From assembly GCA_977017645.1 (NCBI GenBank), contig OZ360222.1:79422001-79486000 (forward strand): a stretch of 64,000 nt of DNA. Reading direction: 5' to 3'. The first letter of the stretch is position 1, and the number at the start of each line of letters is the position of its first letter. Made by a program: the position numbers and the translations under genes. The stretch comes from Torpedo marmorata. Lineage: Eukaryota. Shown here piece by piece: positions 1 to 12,380 of the stretch. The notes beneath the pieces are model-generated. The model had not been told where the DNA came from, searched no databases, and was given only the letters and a program-made list of their open reading frames with translations.

Positions 1-99
1 GGCCTTCTGAGTAATTCCAACATTTTCTATTTTAAATTCAGGTTTGCAGCCTCTTCAATGTCCTTTTCAATTTCCACTAACTTTTCCCAATGGAGTCAG

Positions 100-205
100 A
101 GTGAGACAACATGAAACATGGCCTTTAGCCCAACTCACCCATGCTGACCAAGTTAGCATTCTGAGCTGATCCCATTGGACTGCATTTGGTCCGCATTCGT
201 ATAAA
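100..205 (-). mobile_element. CR1-type LINE 3' tail fragment
   Basis: gaaacatggcctttagcccaactc...cccattggactgcatttggtccg resembles the reverse complement of the CR1 3' ends at 21.4 and 23.3 kb; approximate bounds. Confidence 0.5.
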
Positions 206-2559
206 TATTTTGCAATTATTACATCACACATTCTTTATTGCTTTTCATTCACAGAAAAGCCTTCTAATGAAGTTGATTTCATTTTAACACACATTTTTTA
301 CAACTTCCAAAGTTAGCTTGCAAAGAGTTGTGATGAAAATTAACTACATTAGAGTAAGATTTTTTTAGAATCTGATAGTAGAGCTACTGCAGATTGTGTG
401 GTAGTTCCAATAAGTGAGAGTATAAGAAGCCCCTGGAAATGCTGCCTAAAACCCAACCTTGAACAGGACATGCCCTTTAAACCAATACTAACCTATTTTG
501 TACATTTTATTTTCTATCCTCAGCTCGATTAAAAGGCTCTGAAAATTAATAAGCCATGTTATAGGTAGAATTACACAAAATCTTTTACATTTTAAGATTA
601 TAGCATTTTAATTTTTCATTAAACTTGAATTATAACTTGCACCAGTTTGTTAAGGCAATAATTGCAGCATTTATTAGATTCTCTATCTTCTTTAATGACC
701 TCGCAAAACCAGGACCTTGGGCTATAAACACCATAGTGTCCTTTAAAATGATTTTGCTGTTATATTTAAAATGGACACATCTTGCCACTTAACTTCATTG
801 CGTTGTACTCATACTTAAACAAAAAATGAAATGTCATTCTCTCCGTGAAAAAGTAATTTAACTGAAAAGAGATAAACATGTTTCCTGTTTCTTATTTGTA
901 ACAGTTGCAATTCAAGACCATAATAAATAACAGGACGCATGGTTAACGGGGCAGTTTTATTTTGAAGGAAAACTCAACCTGAATGTAACTACTTCACATC
1001 GATCATTCACCGATAAAATTAAGTGTAATATCATTTAAATGAAGCATTGCCATGTTGTACAAAAAATCAATTTTATCTTTGCAACTTTGTCTCTGAATGG
1101 GAGTGGGTATCTATTAATATTGGTCCAAATCAAACCACGCAATCGAAAGATAACACAGCGATATTCCTCTTGACAATGAAAATGTTCGCTGCAGCAAGAA
1201 ATATTTCCTGCAAAATGTATGGACCAGAATGCATGTAAAGAAGATTCTGCAAAGATTATTTAAATTTGTTGTTTGATTAATTGAATTCATTTTTTTCTTA
1301 AGAGGCAACACCTGACAAGTAATATATGGTTCTTTAAATCATAACAAAGTTCCTTCTCAGCTAGCATGATTATTTTGGGAAATAACAAAAGTTTTATCTT
1401 CTGGGAATGCTCATGAATATTTATTATCATCTTATGATTTTAAACATGGACAGCATTGTCCCTGCTCTTTCCTCTGTGGCAATGTCCTAATTCCATATGA
1501 AAAAAAAACATTCCTCTGTAATCTGACATAAAATAGAAATGTACACAAAATATATGTGCCTTTAGTTTAAAAGTCCATTGAATTGTAACAGCTTTTACCC
1601 ATCATTGACAAGCTCTATTTACTTTCCCACCACCAAAATTGACAGATCTGCCGAAATACAATATACTTTGGTGCCCTGAATCAGTTCACCCTGTACTCAA
1701 GTCTTGTACACACTAGTACTAAATCAGGGGTACAATTGATTTCTGTTCATGCAAATTTTAACCCTATGTCACCTGCTTCTACTCAATAACAGTGACCTCA
1801 AGATCCCTCACACTTTACAACACTCTATTTGTCTCCTTTCTGAGAGATCAGGTCTTTATGAGCTTCCCACTTTTCAGACATGATGCTCGAACCATTTTTT
1901 AATTTTTAAAGGTATTCTAATTACAGTGGAGACAGTGCAATGTACCTTCTTGAAGTCATCTCATATCTTCTGATGCTAGATTTTTAAATTTAAATTTAGA
2001 CATACAGCACTACATTAATGCAAAATCAACAGCAATACTGATTCTTCATCTTTTTATTAAAGATGGTTAGGCATGCTAGCTTTTAAGAATAAATTATTCA
2101 TATAATTTTAAAAATATATTTGTAGATTCTGTTTTCTAAGGCTTTGGGAGAATTTCCTTTCCAAATCTAAGGAACCCTCTTCTGCTACTATGATTTCATA
2201 AACCTATTAAAAGAGTAAGAGACTTTCATCACATTTATAAATATTCAAATTATCTTTAAATGCACAAACCTTTTAATTTGTATGTATCTGTGAGATATTT
2301 TTGTCAGTGTGTGACACTGTGTGTGTCAGGGAAAGGGTAGGTTTTTGAAGCAGAGTTAGGCCACTATGCCATGGTGTAATATATTGAGGAAGAGAGCAGG
2401 AACTTAGTAATCAGTTTAGAATAATATTATACATTATACTTTGTTTATCAAAACTCTGTGACGATAGGTATAGCTAACATTGTTTTAAAAATTGGTATGT
2501 TATGAAAGTGGTAAGCCACATGTACTTGTCATGTGACAGGAACTTGTTTGATTTGACAG

Positions 2560-2865
2560 GCAATACTAGAATTAGGGCACATAGCCTCAAAATTTGGGGA
2601 AATAGATTTAAGACAGAGATGAAGGAGAACTGCTTCTTCCAGAGAGCAATGAATCTGTAGAATTCTCAGACCAATGATGTAGTAGAGACTGCCTCGTTAA
2701 ATATATTTAAGACATAGAAAGATAGTTTTTTATATCATAGGGGAATTAGAGGTGATGAAGAACAGACAGGTAAGTGGACCTAAGTCTATGGCCAGATCGA
2801 CTATGATCTTATTGAATGGCAGAGCAAGCTCAAGTGGCGAGTTGTTCCACTCCTTTTCCTATTTC
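2560..2865 (+). mobile_element. CR1 LINE 3' end (ORF2 C-terminus and 3' UTR), degenerate
   Basis: tctagaattagggcacatagcctc-like ...tttaagacagagatga...gaatctgtagaattctc...agatcgactatgatcttattgaatggcagagcaagctc, typical of CR1 3' ends. Confidence 0.65.
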
Positions 2866-3144
2866 TTATTTACATTTGTTCTTATCTTGTGTATAAAAGA
2901 AAATATTGTCATTCATGGAGAGAATTTCCTTGCCAAGAACCAGAAACAGGGAAGATATGCCTAATTTGTTGTTGCCAGGGCTTTGCAACAGCAGAAGGGA
3001 TGCGAGAGCATTATTTTTTCTCTTGAGAACTGTTTTTTTCCTGGATTGATCAAGCAGACTTTGCTGTGAAGCCGAGTGGTGTCAAGGACTCTTGACTTTG
3101 CAGTTGCCAGGAACAATGGAAAGGGTGTGAGAATTGAATAAATA

Positions 3145-3232
3145 GCTCAGGCCCGAAACGTCGCTAATACATCTTTACTTCCTATGGACGCTGTGAGACC
3201 TGCTGAGTTCCTCCAGCATTACTGTGTTTTTT
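3145..3232 (+). mobile_element. Penelope-like element terminal fragment with the 3' half of a hammerhead motif
   Basis: gctcaggcccGAAACGTCgctaatac...gacctgctgagttcctccagcatt, homologous to the copies at 23.5 and 56.6 kb. Confidence 0.7.
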
Positions 3233-3287
3233 AGTGTAAACTGTTTGGTCGTGTTAGTAGTTTATGAAACAAATTTTGCAGAAACAA

Positions 3288-4899
3288 ACAGCAAAGATGC
3301 ATACATCAGGAAGCTCTTTATCGACTACAGTTCAGCATTTAACACCATCATCCCCTCAAAACTGATCAGCAAATTCCAAGACCTGGGACTCAACACCCCA
3401 CTGCGTAATTGGATCATGGATTTCCTCACCTCCAGACCCCAATCAGTGAAGATTGGTAAGAAAATCTCCTCCACAATCTCCATCAGTACTGGAGCACCAC
3501 AGGGCTGTGTTCTTAGCCCCTTGCTCTACTCACTTTACACCTACGACTGTGTGGCTCGGTACGACAATAACACTACCTACAAATTTGCCGACAATACCAC
3601 TGTAGTGGGTTGTACAAAAGGAAGGGGATGAGTCAATCTACAGGATGGAGATTGAAAACCTGGCTGAATGGTGCACCAACAACAACCTTGCACTCAATGT
3701 CACCAAAACTAAGGAGCTGATTGTTGACTTCAGGAAAGGAAAGCCAGAGGTACACAATCCAGTGATCATTGGGGGATCAGAGGTGGAGAGGGTGAGCAAA
3801 TTTAAGTTCTTGGGAGTCACTATCTCGGAGGAACTTTCCTGGACCCAACACACCAATGGCATCGTGAAGAAAGCACATCAGCGCCTCTACTTCCTCAGGA
3901 GTTTGCGGAGGTTTGGTATGTCACCAGAAACCCTGGCAAATTTCTACAGATGTGTGGTGGAAAGTGTGCTGACCAGCTGCATCACGGTCTGGTATGTGGA
4001 CACCAATACCCCTGAGCGTAAAGCCCTCCAAAGTAGTGGACACAGCCTGGGACATCATAGGCAAAACCCTCCCCACTATTGAGTACATCTACAGCAGTGG
4101 TTTTCAAACTGCCCCCCTAAACTCACATTCCACCTTAAGCAATCCCTATGCCATAAATGCTCTGTGATTAGTAAGGGATTACTTAAGGTGGTATGTGAGT
4201 GAGAAAAAAAAGGTTGAGAACCACTGCTCTTGACCCAATTGTTACTGAAATATTTTGCTTGAGAAAAATTGTCATTGGCCCATTTCCTTTGGAGTTATGA
4301 AACCGTACACATAACGAGTCAATTAGGTACGATTAAAACAGTAGTTTTCAAACTTTTTCTTTCCACTCACATACCACCTTAAGCAATCCCTTACTCAGCA
4401 CAGAGCACTTATGGCATAGGGATTGCTTAAGGAGGAATGTGAGTTTAGGGGGGCAGTTTGAAAACCACTGATCTACAGGGAACGCTGCCATCGGAGAGCA
4501 GCAGCAATCATCAAAGACCCACACCACCCAGCACATGCTCTGTTCTCGCTGCTGCCATCAGGAAAGAGGTACTGTGTAGGTGCCACAAGACTCACACCAC
4601 CAGGTTCAGGAACAGCTGCTACCCCTCCACCATCTGACTCCTCAACGACAAACTCAGAGACTCATTTAAGGACTCTTACTTGTGCACTTTATTGATTTTC
4701 TTTTTTATTCCCTTTGTATTGCACAGTTTGTTTACATTCGTTATCTGTTTACAGTTCTTTGATTGTTTACATGTTTACGCTGTGTATAGTTTTTTTTTGC
4801 ACTACCAATTAGTCAAAATTCTTGCGCGCCTGCAGGAAAAAGAATCTCAGGGTTGTATGTGATGTCATGTATGTACTCTGACAATAAATCTGAAATCTG
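3288..4899 (+). mobile_element. Rex1/Babar non-LTR retrotransposon, 5'-truncated and frameshifted, interrupted by a hAT MITE
   Basis: RT motifs [33 protein letters not shown] in ORFs 3224-3631 and 3645-4082; tail gacaataaatctgaaatctg; near-identical to the copies at 13-16 kb. Confidence 0.9.
4095..4470. mobile_element. Non-autonomous hAT (Charlie-like) MITE of 376 bp, built from two inverted 132-bp units
   Basis: 8-bp TSD ATCTACAG at 4087-4094 and 4471-4478; termini CAGTGGTTTTCAAACTG / CAGTTTGAAAACCACTG. Confidence 0.92.
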
Positions 4900-5299
4900 C
4901 AATTTTCTTGAGCATGTTGATTGGATCAGAATCATTTTGCAATCATCAAATGTTTTGTAAAACAGGATTTATTTACATCACTTGCCATCTTTCAATTAAA
5001 ACTTTCAGTTGAGAACAAATAATACTATTCACTGAATCTTTTACATTTCATGTCCATTTTGTTGTAATGCATCAATTAAATGTTTACATTCATTTCAAAA
5101 GTTCCAGTGTATTGTTGACTGATGTCTGTTTAGACTCACACTTCTCTGATACACATATTTGCATTTTGTGGACATAGTAAGGCTTGATTTACATATTTGC
5201 CTGATTTATGCAGAGAATCAACAGGAAATGAAAATGGCCCACGTTTGGTGGTTTTGCACAAGAAGACTTTATCTATTTAAAATCAGTTTCTCAGATTTT

Positions 5300-7930
5300 T
5301 AAAGCATTGATAAAAATGTGCTCAGAGTGTGTAACTAGACACCGCAGGAGCCTGAAGAGATGAAGCGCCCACTTATGTCCTGGCCAGTATTTCCAAGCAC
5401 TTGGCCTGTGCATATTTCAATCATGTGTAGGATTCTGCTTTACTGAAGAGCAAAAGGGTTAATTAATATGACTATCGTGCAAAATTTGCATTGTAACCTC
5501 GAATGTGGGGGGAAGAAATCAAATTACAGAAACTGTTGGTTGTATCCAACCTTTATCAGTCTCAATGAATAAACTATACTTTTCTCAAAGGATTATTTTT
5601 CCCTGCGCATCTTGTTCCGGGGCAGAACCAAATCACGTAGTTTAAAACATTTACATTGAACTAACTTCGCAAAGTATACAAGTAATTTCATTCTATAAAA
5701 ATTCTAATTTTATGATTATTTTGCCAACCCACCTACAGAGCCTCACTCCGCCAACCGCTGTTTATTTTTACACTTCCATCATTTGTACTGTACACGTACT
5801 CACTTCACACATAAATACATACATTATAGGATGTTCTCGGTGTTCCCCGTGTGCAGACTGCATACTTTCACATTCTTAACCTTAAAGATTTTGTGTATGT
5901 GTGCGTGCACGCGTGTTGCCAGTTCTCATTTGCATGCAGAGATTTAATTTCCCTCACTAAATATGACGAATTACATAGATTTTCTCCAGTTAATGCCGTT
6001 AACAGCTCCCAATAAACTTCATTAATCAGTATAGCTCTTGGCCCGATGTGCACACTGGAACAGCTCATTTGGCTGATTAGCTGGTGACTTAGCAAATAAC
6101 CAGGTGGATCATCTGAAAGCTTTAAGGCTTTAATTACACCCTAATCAGTTCACTGGCTGGCTGCAGAGGCAGCCACGAGCACACTTTCTCCACCCAGCCC
6201 GCTGCAACACATTCTTTCTGTCACTTCAGCCCCACTGACAAATCACTTCAAGGGCATTCTAACTTTGAAGGACAAGACAAAGCTTTAACATATGGCACAT
6301 TCCCCAGATGTTCCTTTTTAAAGATGGCCAGTTTCGAAACCAGCGGTGATTGTGAAAACTTATAGCCAACTATCAGCCATTATAGTTCCTTTTTATAGCT
6401 TCCCAAAAGGGGAAAGGCAAACCATCAGCGATTTGCTGAAACATTTAGCTGTAAATGGTAATTTCGCCGTGCACATTCATCATTTGTTAAAATAATTCCA
6501 CCACAGACACGTACGGGTTTTATTTTATAAAGCGAGAGGTCAGCGAAGGAAATGTTAACATTGTTTTCTGAATTACAGTTTGATCACCTGATTCACTCAG
6601 TCAGATCCATTTCCCATCAACACGTACGCCCAATAACCCGGTTAAAGAGCGTACAAACTATACCTTCACGTTGTATTTCAGACTCCTTCAAACTAGAAGC
6701 ACGACTTCAACTATTTATCTGCATGTTCTTTTATATTATTCATCTGGAATAATATTTTGTGATAAATATTGACCAAATCCAAAACAGGACAGACTAATTG
6801 CTCTGAAATTACCTGATGGCTCCTGTCATTGCAGACAACAAATCAACATCAACTACAGTAGACAGATTAGGGGAAACAATCCTAACCTTTGCTTTAAACC
6901 TGACCAAAAGCCCTTTCTTAATTTAGATCACATACCTGGGCGTGACCGGCTTGTGCCGTCACAACCATAAAATGTATTTAATAACCATGTTTATTTTCTA
7001 TGAGCCATAATTTTGCTTGAACCGTTCTCGGTGTACGTTTTAAAATCCTTTCTGTGAACGGTCCAAAATGAATAGGGTTCAGTGATAATTTTGTTATCAT
7101 TCGAGATCAAACGAAATTTGCTGAGGATTAACTCATGGTGTAGCGCGCCTTTTAAATCAAAATAACCAACATCCCACCCTCCAAAGTTACCCTGATTTGG
7201 GAAAGAACTTCGATGTAGTTCGCTATGTCGCTTTCTAATATTATTAGTTGGTACTTTGCATAAATTATTTTACTGTGCGTTATGCGTCAGAAAGTGATTT
7301 TAAAACGACAAAGGGAATTCGCTTACTAATCAAATCACTAAAAGGATATTTTAAAAAGTAATTATTCTCGGCACCAAACAATCAGAGTCCACATTGTAAT
7401 ATACCTGGTGACTGAGCTCTCCCTGCAAAGTGCAGATTGCCAGTCAGTAACGTTTAAAGATTCCGTTTATTAAAGCGCAATTGCTGTGCATAGTATTGAA
7501 AATGTGGTAACAAAAATTAGCATGTGTTTAAAAAGAACAATTTCGTCGAATGCAAGGCAAAAAAAAAAGGCACAAAACTGGCCCAAAGCAAGACAAAAGC
7601 AGAGACGCACATGTATAGGGGGCTCGGGTACAGCACTCAATCATTACCTGTCATAGGTGCAGCCACTATGCATTATCCTGCCGTGATTGATAGACTGCAG
7701 TGAGCAGGCTAGGGGAGCTGGGCACAGCTCGCGGGAAGCCTCGACGTTCAAGTCAGCATCACACAGAAACACACGTGCACGTGCTCACTGCTTTTAATAC
7801 TTTTAATTTACTTTGGAATGAATTTGGCAATTAAAACATTGCAAAATATACCAAGACGAAAACGGAACAACCATACGGATCGACTTCTCTGTGCAGAGAT
7901 AAATTAGATGTTATATTCTTACCTGTGACT
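5300..7930. promoter_or_regulatory. Candidate cis-regulatory block (enhancer cluster or alternative promoter)
   Basis: No recognisable repeats and visibly more CpG than the flanks; octamer ATTTGCAT 5928-5935, many TAAT/TAATC cores at 6000-6150, tandem E-boxes CACGTGCACGTG 7772-7783. Function is inferred. Confidence 0.45.
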
Positions 7931-8574
7931 ATTTTAGCTTGGAATATTAGGTTCACTTAGGGACAGCATCCCAAAACTTTGAGTGACACTTGAAACAATT
8001 GGTCATTGTGGAGAGTTTTGGCAAGTGTCTTTCGAGGTAGTCTGGAACCACAAATGATTTTTAACTTACTTTTAGGAAGAATTATTCCGGTTGTCATGTG
8101 TAATCAGACAGAAAGCAATTTATTTTAGAATGTGTTCAATATTGCACTGTATTTTGATGGGACAATTCTTCCCTCTTCCCCATATTGGTTGCTCTGCTTT
8201 TAAAAAGGTGAACATTCAATAAGATTCTTGCTGTTTTACAATATTTTGTTTTGTATTTATTTGTGAATAGTGTGAAATTTTAAAGCATTCTTTAAAACTA
8301 ATTTTAAAGCTCTGAAGGATGATTGGAGCTCAAATACTCATCAACCTGCATCCAATATGCCTTTAAAGTTAGATATGTTAGAATCAGAGCAATTCTGTAA
8401 TTCATATGGAAGAACCAGGCACACGTCTCAAATAGTTTTTGAGGGTCACCTGGGTCTACAAAGTTGAATTTCTGAAGGTATTTTTTTAATTCTCTGGGTT
8501 AGTGCAGGTGTAGGACACAATAGTACTGTATAACACTATGGTACACAACTATTAAGAAGAAAAGTAAAATATCC

Positions 8575-8700
8575 AATGCACTTCATGGGAATATTATCAA
8601 TCAAAATTTGACATCAAGCCACATAAGGAGATGTTGGAGGTAATGTTTAAGTACTGTCTTAAATGAGGTCATAGAGGTGGAGTGGTTTAGGGAAGGACTC
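8575..8700 (-). mobile_element. L2-type LINE 3' fragment, old
   Basis: aaaatttgacatcaagccacataaggagat...gtcttaaatgagg...ggtttagggaagg, related to 10830-11110. Confidence 0.5.
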
Positions 8701-10829
8701 TGATTCTCTCACTCTTGAGTTCCTGACAACTGTGTTGTATTGAAATATGCTGAGCATAGGCTAAGTGTCTACATAATGACAAGGGGGATTTAAATAGAAG
8801 GACAGAGAGAAAGTCAGAACTGTGCCCCTCAGCTGCAGCTACACCAGGCCCAGGGAGACCAAACGAGGAAAATTAACTTTAAAAAGAACAAATATGTCTA
8901 TAAGGTAAGATATGCACAACCCAAAGATGGGCTGAATGTGTATCATAAACAAGCAATTCTCTAGAATTCCAAAATCAGATCAGCATATTGTGCAGCGTGA
9001 CTAAACTTACTTGCACGCCATCTAGGTTGAGAATGGGTTTGAATCAAATGAGAGCTGGTGCCAGGGGCAGCACAGACTCTGCAATGCGGCAATGTATAAC
9101 TGCTGACATCACAGAACTCAATAGGAATTGCAAATTTAAAATGATTTAAACTGGGCTACTTCTGTATGATTCACAAATTTATACCTAATTTGGGCATATT
9201 GGTATTAGAAGATCTGTTCTTTAATACAAAAGCCATCACCTCCACATAACAGGACATAACAAGACAAAATGAACATTATTATTTTATATCCTTTACAAGG
9301 AATTTTTCCCAATCAAAATGATTTTTAGCAGGAGTCTTCAATGTTCATGGAACCAATGTCAAGGAAGGATAAAACTTACATTTTTATTCCAAAATTAAAG
9401 CTTTTATATACTGCAGATAGGATGTTCTGTATTTACCCAGTCTCATAACCTTGCAGAAAAAAAAGATATGGTACTATCTGCCTTTGTGTCCATCTGATTT
9501 TGCACTCTAATGGAGGGGGAAAGATTGGTATTGGTTAGCAATGAAAGTCCATCTGATCTTGGCAATTTAGTGGAATGTATTTATATTTTTGACCTTGTGA
9601 TTGTGATCTTTGGGGATGAGGGTGCGTGTCCCTAACACTTATATGGAACCAGAGGAACCATAACCACAGTATGTGTTCATCTATTTGATTATCAAGAGCC
9701 AAACAAAGAAAGAAGCTGACTGATGGCAGTAAACAAGTTGAAATACTGTGGGATGTGATCTGTTCATCTCAACTCAAAGGAAGCACCTTTATAACCACAA
9801 AGACACATGGGTAAGAATTTCAATGATCTTGAAGATAAGAAATTTGAAATTAAGATTTGAGGCACAGAGTTTCTGAAATGCAAAATTTAAATTGTCAGGA
9901 AAACACTTTTGAAACACAAATGTAATTGTAGTTGTCTCACATTTATAGGTTGGGATATTTTTCCTCCAGAAGCGATATCCCTACTGGAACAGGCCAAGTG
10001 ATGTTGTATAGAAGCTCTAATCAACGTAAGGTTGAACACAAACTCTTTCTGAAGATTGGAGTGATTGGTGCTGCTAGGCTATAAGTACAGGTCAGGACTG
10101 TACAGGTTACAGACCTATCTGTGTGCTAGATCAATGATGTATAAATTATGTTGCTTTTCATGGTTCCTTTTGAGTCATTTCACCCTACATTAAATGCTAT
10201 AATCACAAGGGATATACCTTTATTTTGGCAGATAAAAACAAACAAAAAAAATAAAATGCATGCTAAAATGTGAATCAGAAACAGAACATGCTTGAAAGAT
10301 AGGTCTATATAAGATTTATCTTTGGTTATACCATTGCACCAACACTTAGTCCAATCTCCAGGAAGATGTGTCCTACCTTAAGTTGAGTAGAGCTTCTTAG
10401 CAAGCTCACTTTTCAAAAAAGTTACACTAAAATTTTGGACTAAACTCTTCTGGAAAATACAAATTGTCATGAGGGATTCTTTGCAAAGCATTTAATCTTA
10501 AGATTGTAACAAATCTGTTGAAGCATTACCAATATATTCATTTATTTTTTACAATAGTAGCATATGTCCATTCTAAAAAGACCAGAAACGTTTAGTTGGG
10601 TAGAAATGGCAGCTGATGTGCTAACAGCCTAAATGGACAGGAAGATCTAGTGGCTGTTGGGAAGTGTCCGTACATATATGGATGTTGTGGAAAGGACAAT
10701 GTTAGAGTTAATCTAGTGGTTTTTATAGAAGATTAGCCTGCTAATGTTTTGTACGATGAGACATGGGCATTTAGATAAGATACAAAAGGTTGTGAGACCA
10801 TGGAACTATAAAATCAATGTTTACAAAAA

Positions 10830-11110
10830 AAATGCATTTCCGGAGTAAAACATCCCAAGGCAATGCACAAAATTTGACCACACATCCTAGAATGATATAT
10901 GGGAATTACAAAACAAAAGCTTGGTCAAAGAAGTAGAATTTAAGGAACATCTTAAAGAATGTGAGCTGAGGTTCAGATTGATAATGAACAAATGGCCAGA
11001 ATTAGAAAAGTACCAAGTTCTCAAATGAGTAATAGGATTGAAGAGGTTGCAGATAAAGCAAAGGAAGGGGAGAAGAATTTGGGAAAATAAGCAATGAAAG
11101 AAAATGGATG
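10830..11110 (-). mobile_element. L2-type LINE 3' fragment, old
   Basis: gtaaaacatcccaaggc...aaaatttgacc...aaaagcttggtcaaagaagtagaatttaaggaacatcttaaag. Confidence 0.5.
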
Positions 11111-12039
11111 TGCTCAAGATGCCAAATGGTCAAATAACCACGTCTCACCACATTACAACCAATTTGACAGACTGTGACCTTGAATTGTCTTTAAGCTGTT
11201 CCTGTTCTGCTGGTAAAGCCTTACCAGCAGTTTTCATGTTTAACTAGGACTTCTGTTGCTCATTGATAACAGGCATGACATTATTCCCATATTATGTTGA
11301 GATAGACATCCCATTAACTACTAGTGCTACATCTTGGAAAGGCAGCATAATCGCCTTCTTTGCCACCACATTGCTTTAAAAATCAACATGCAATCATTGA
11401 CAAAATTGAAATCTACTCGGGAAATTTCTAATGTTTTGGCACACCAGTGCAGGGTAACTAAACCTAAGACATCTTCAGATTTGTTCAGTTAGATTCATGT
11501 AATGATTCCATTCTGTTGTTTTTTAACCACAATAAAACAGGAGTGGCCAGAAATCAATAAACAAAAGCAAGATGTCAAGCAAGACATTTTCATCATCTGA
11601 AATATTTCTTCATTCTTTCAGTCTATTTAGCAGTGCTTACCATTGTAATTTGGAAAAAAATCACATTAAGAGTGATCTTCCTTGCAACAAATTGTACTAT
11701 AGTGAAAATCCATTCACAGTCACAAATTTACAGATTCAAGGAGATGACTAACAAATTCAACGGTGCCAACAGACACTGTGATTAATACTGACATTAATTT
11801 TATTTAGTCCTGTCACAGACTTGTGTTGTAGACTATAAATATACAAACATAATTATATTTTCCACCGGAGATACCAGTCTGAGTTCACTAGCTTCAGTAA
11901 ATCTGGGTCAATAGTTTTTGAAGATGAAGTCTGCTAGGAAATGAGTCTGAAAATGATCAAACTGTTTCCAGAAGTACAAGGAAAATATATTGGGGTACTT
12001 TTTTAAATGGAGAGAAGCAAGGAATTATGGAGGAGCAAG

Positions 12040-12380
12040 TGAGAATTTGGGATCCAAGTACAGAAATCCCAAATGCCACTGACAGGTACAAAAAAAAAAG
12101 TAAAAGCCTAATGGAATATTAGGACCACAGAACCCGAGTATACAACAGCACAGAAACAGGCCCTTCACCCCATCTAGTCCATGCCAAAGTATTGATTCCG
12201 CCTAGTCCCATCGACCTGCATCCGGACCACAGCCCTCCATACCTCTCCCATCCATGTAACTATCCAAAATAATGGCAGATATCTCTAATTGATGGTGGGT
12301 TAATTGAACATTTCAGATCTGAAATTGGTAGATTTTGTTAGAATATTAAGAGGTGTGAAACTGAGGTGGGTAAATGAAGC
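12040..12380 (+). mobile_element. Old CR1 3' region hosting the nest; continues at about 19095-19170; contains a minus-strand CR1 tail at about 12125-12268
   Basis: Ends ...tgaggtgggtaaatgaag and resumes ...gctgaggtacagatcagccatgatctaattgaat after the nest, matching CR1 3' UTR order. Confidence 0.55.

Noticed and set aside
7635-7700. pre-miRNA hairpin (TCAATCA...TGATTGA)
   Set aside because: Pairing is short and broken by large internal loops; no mature miRNA recognised.
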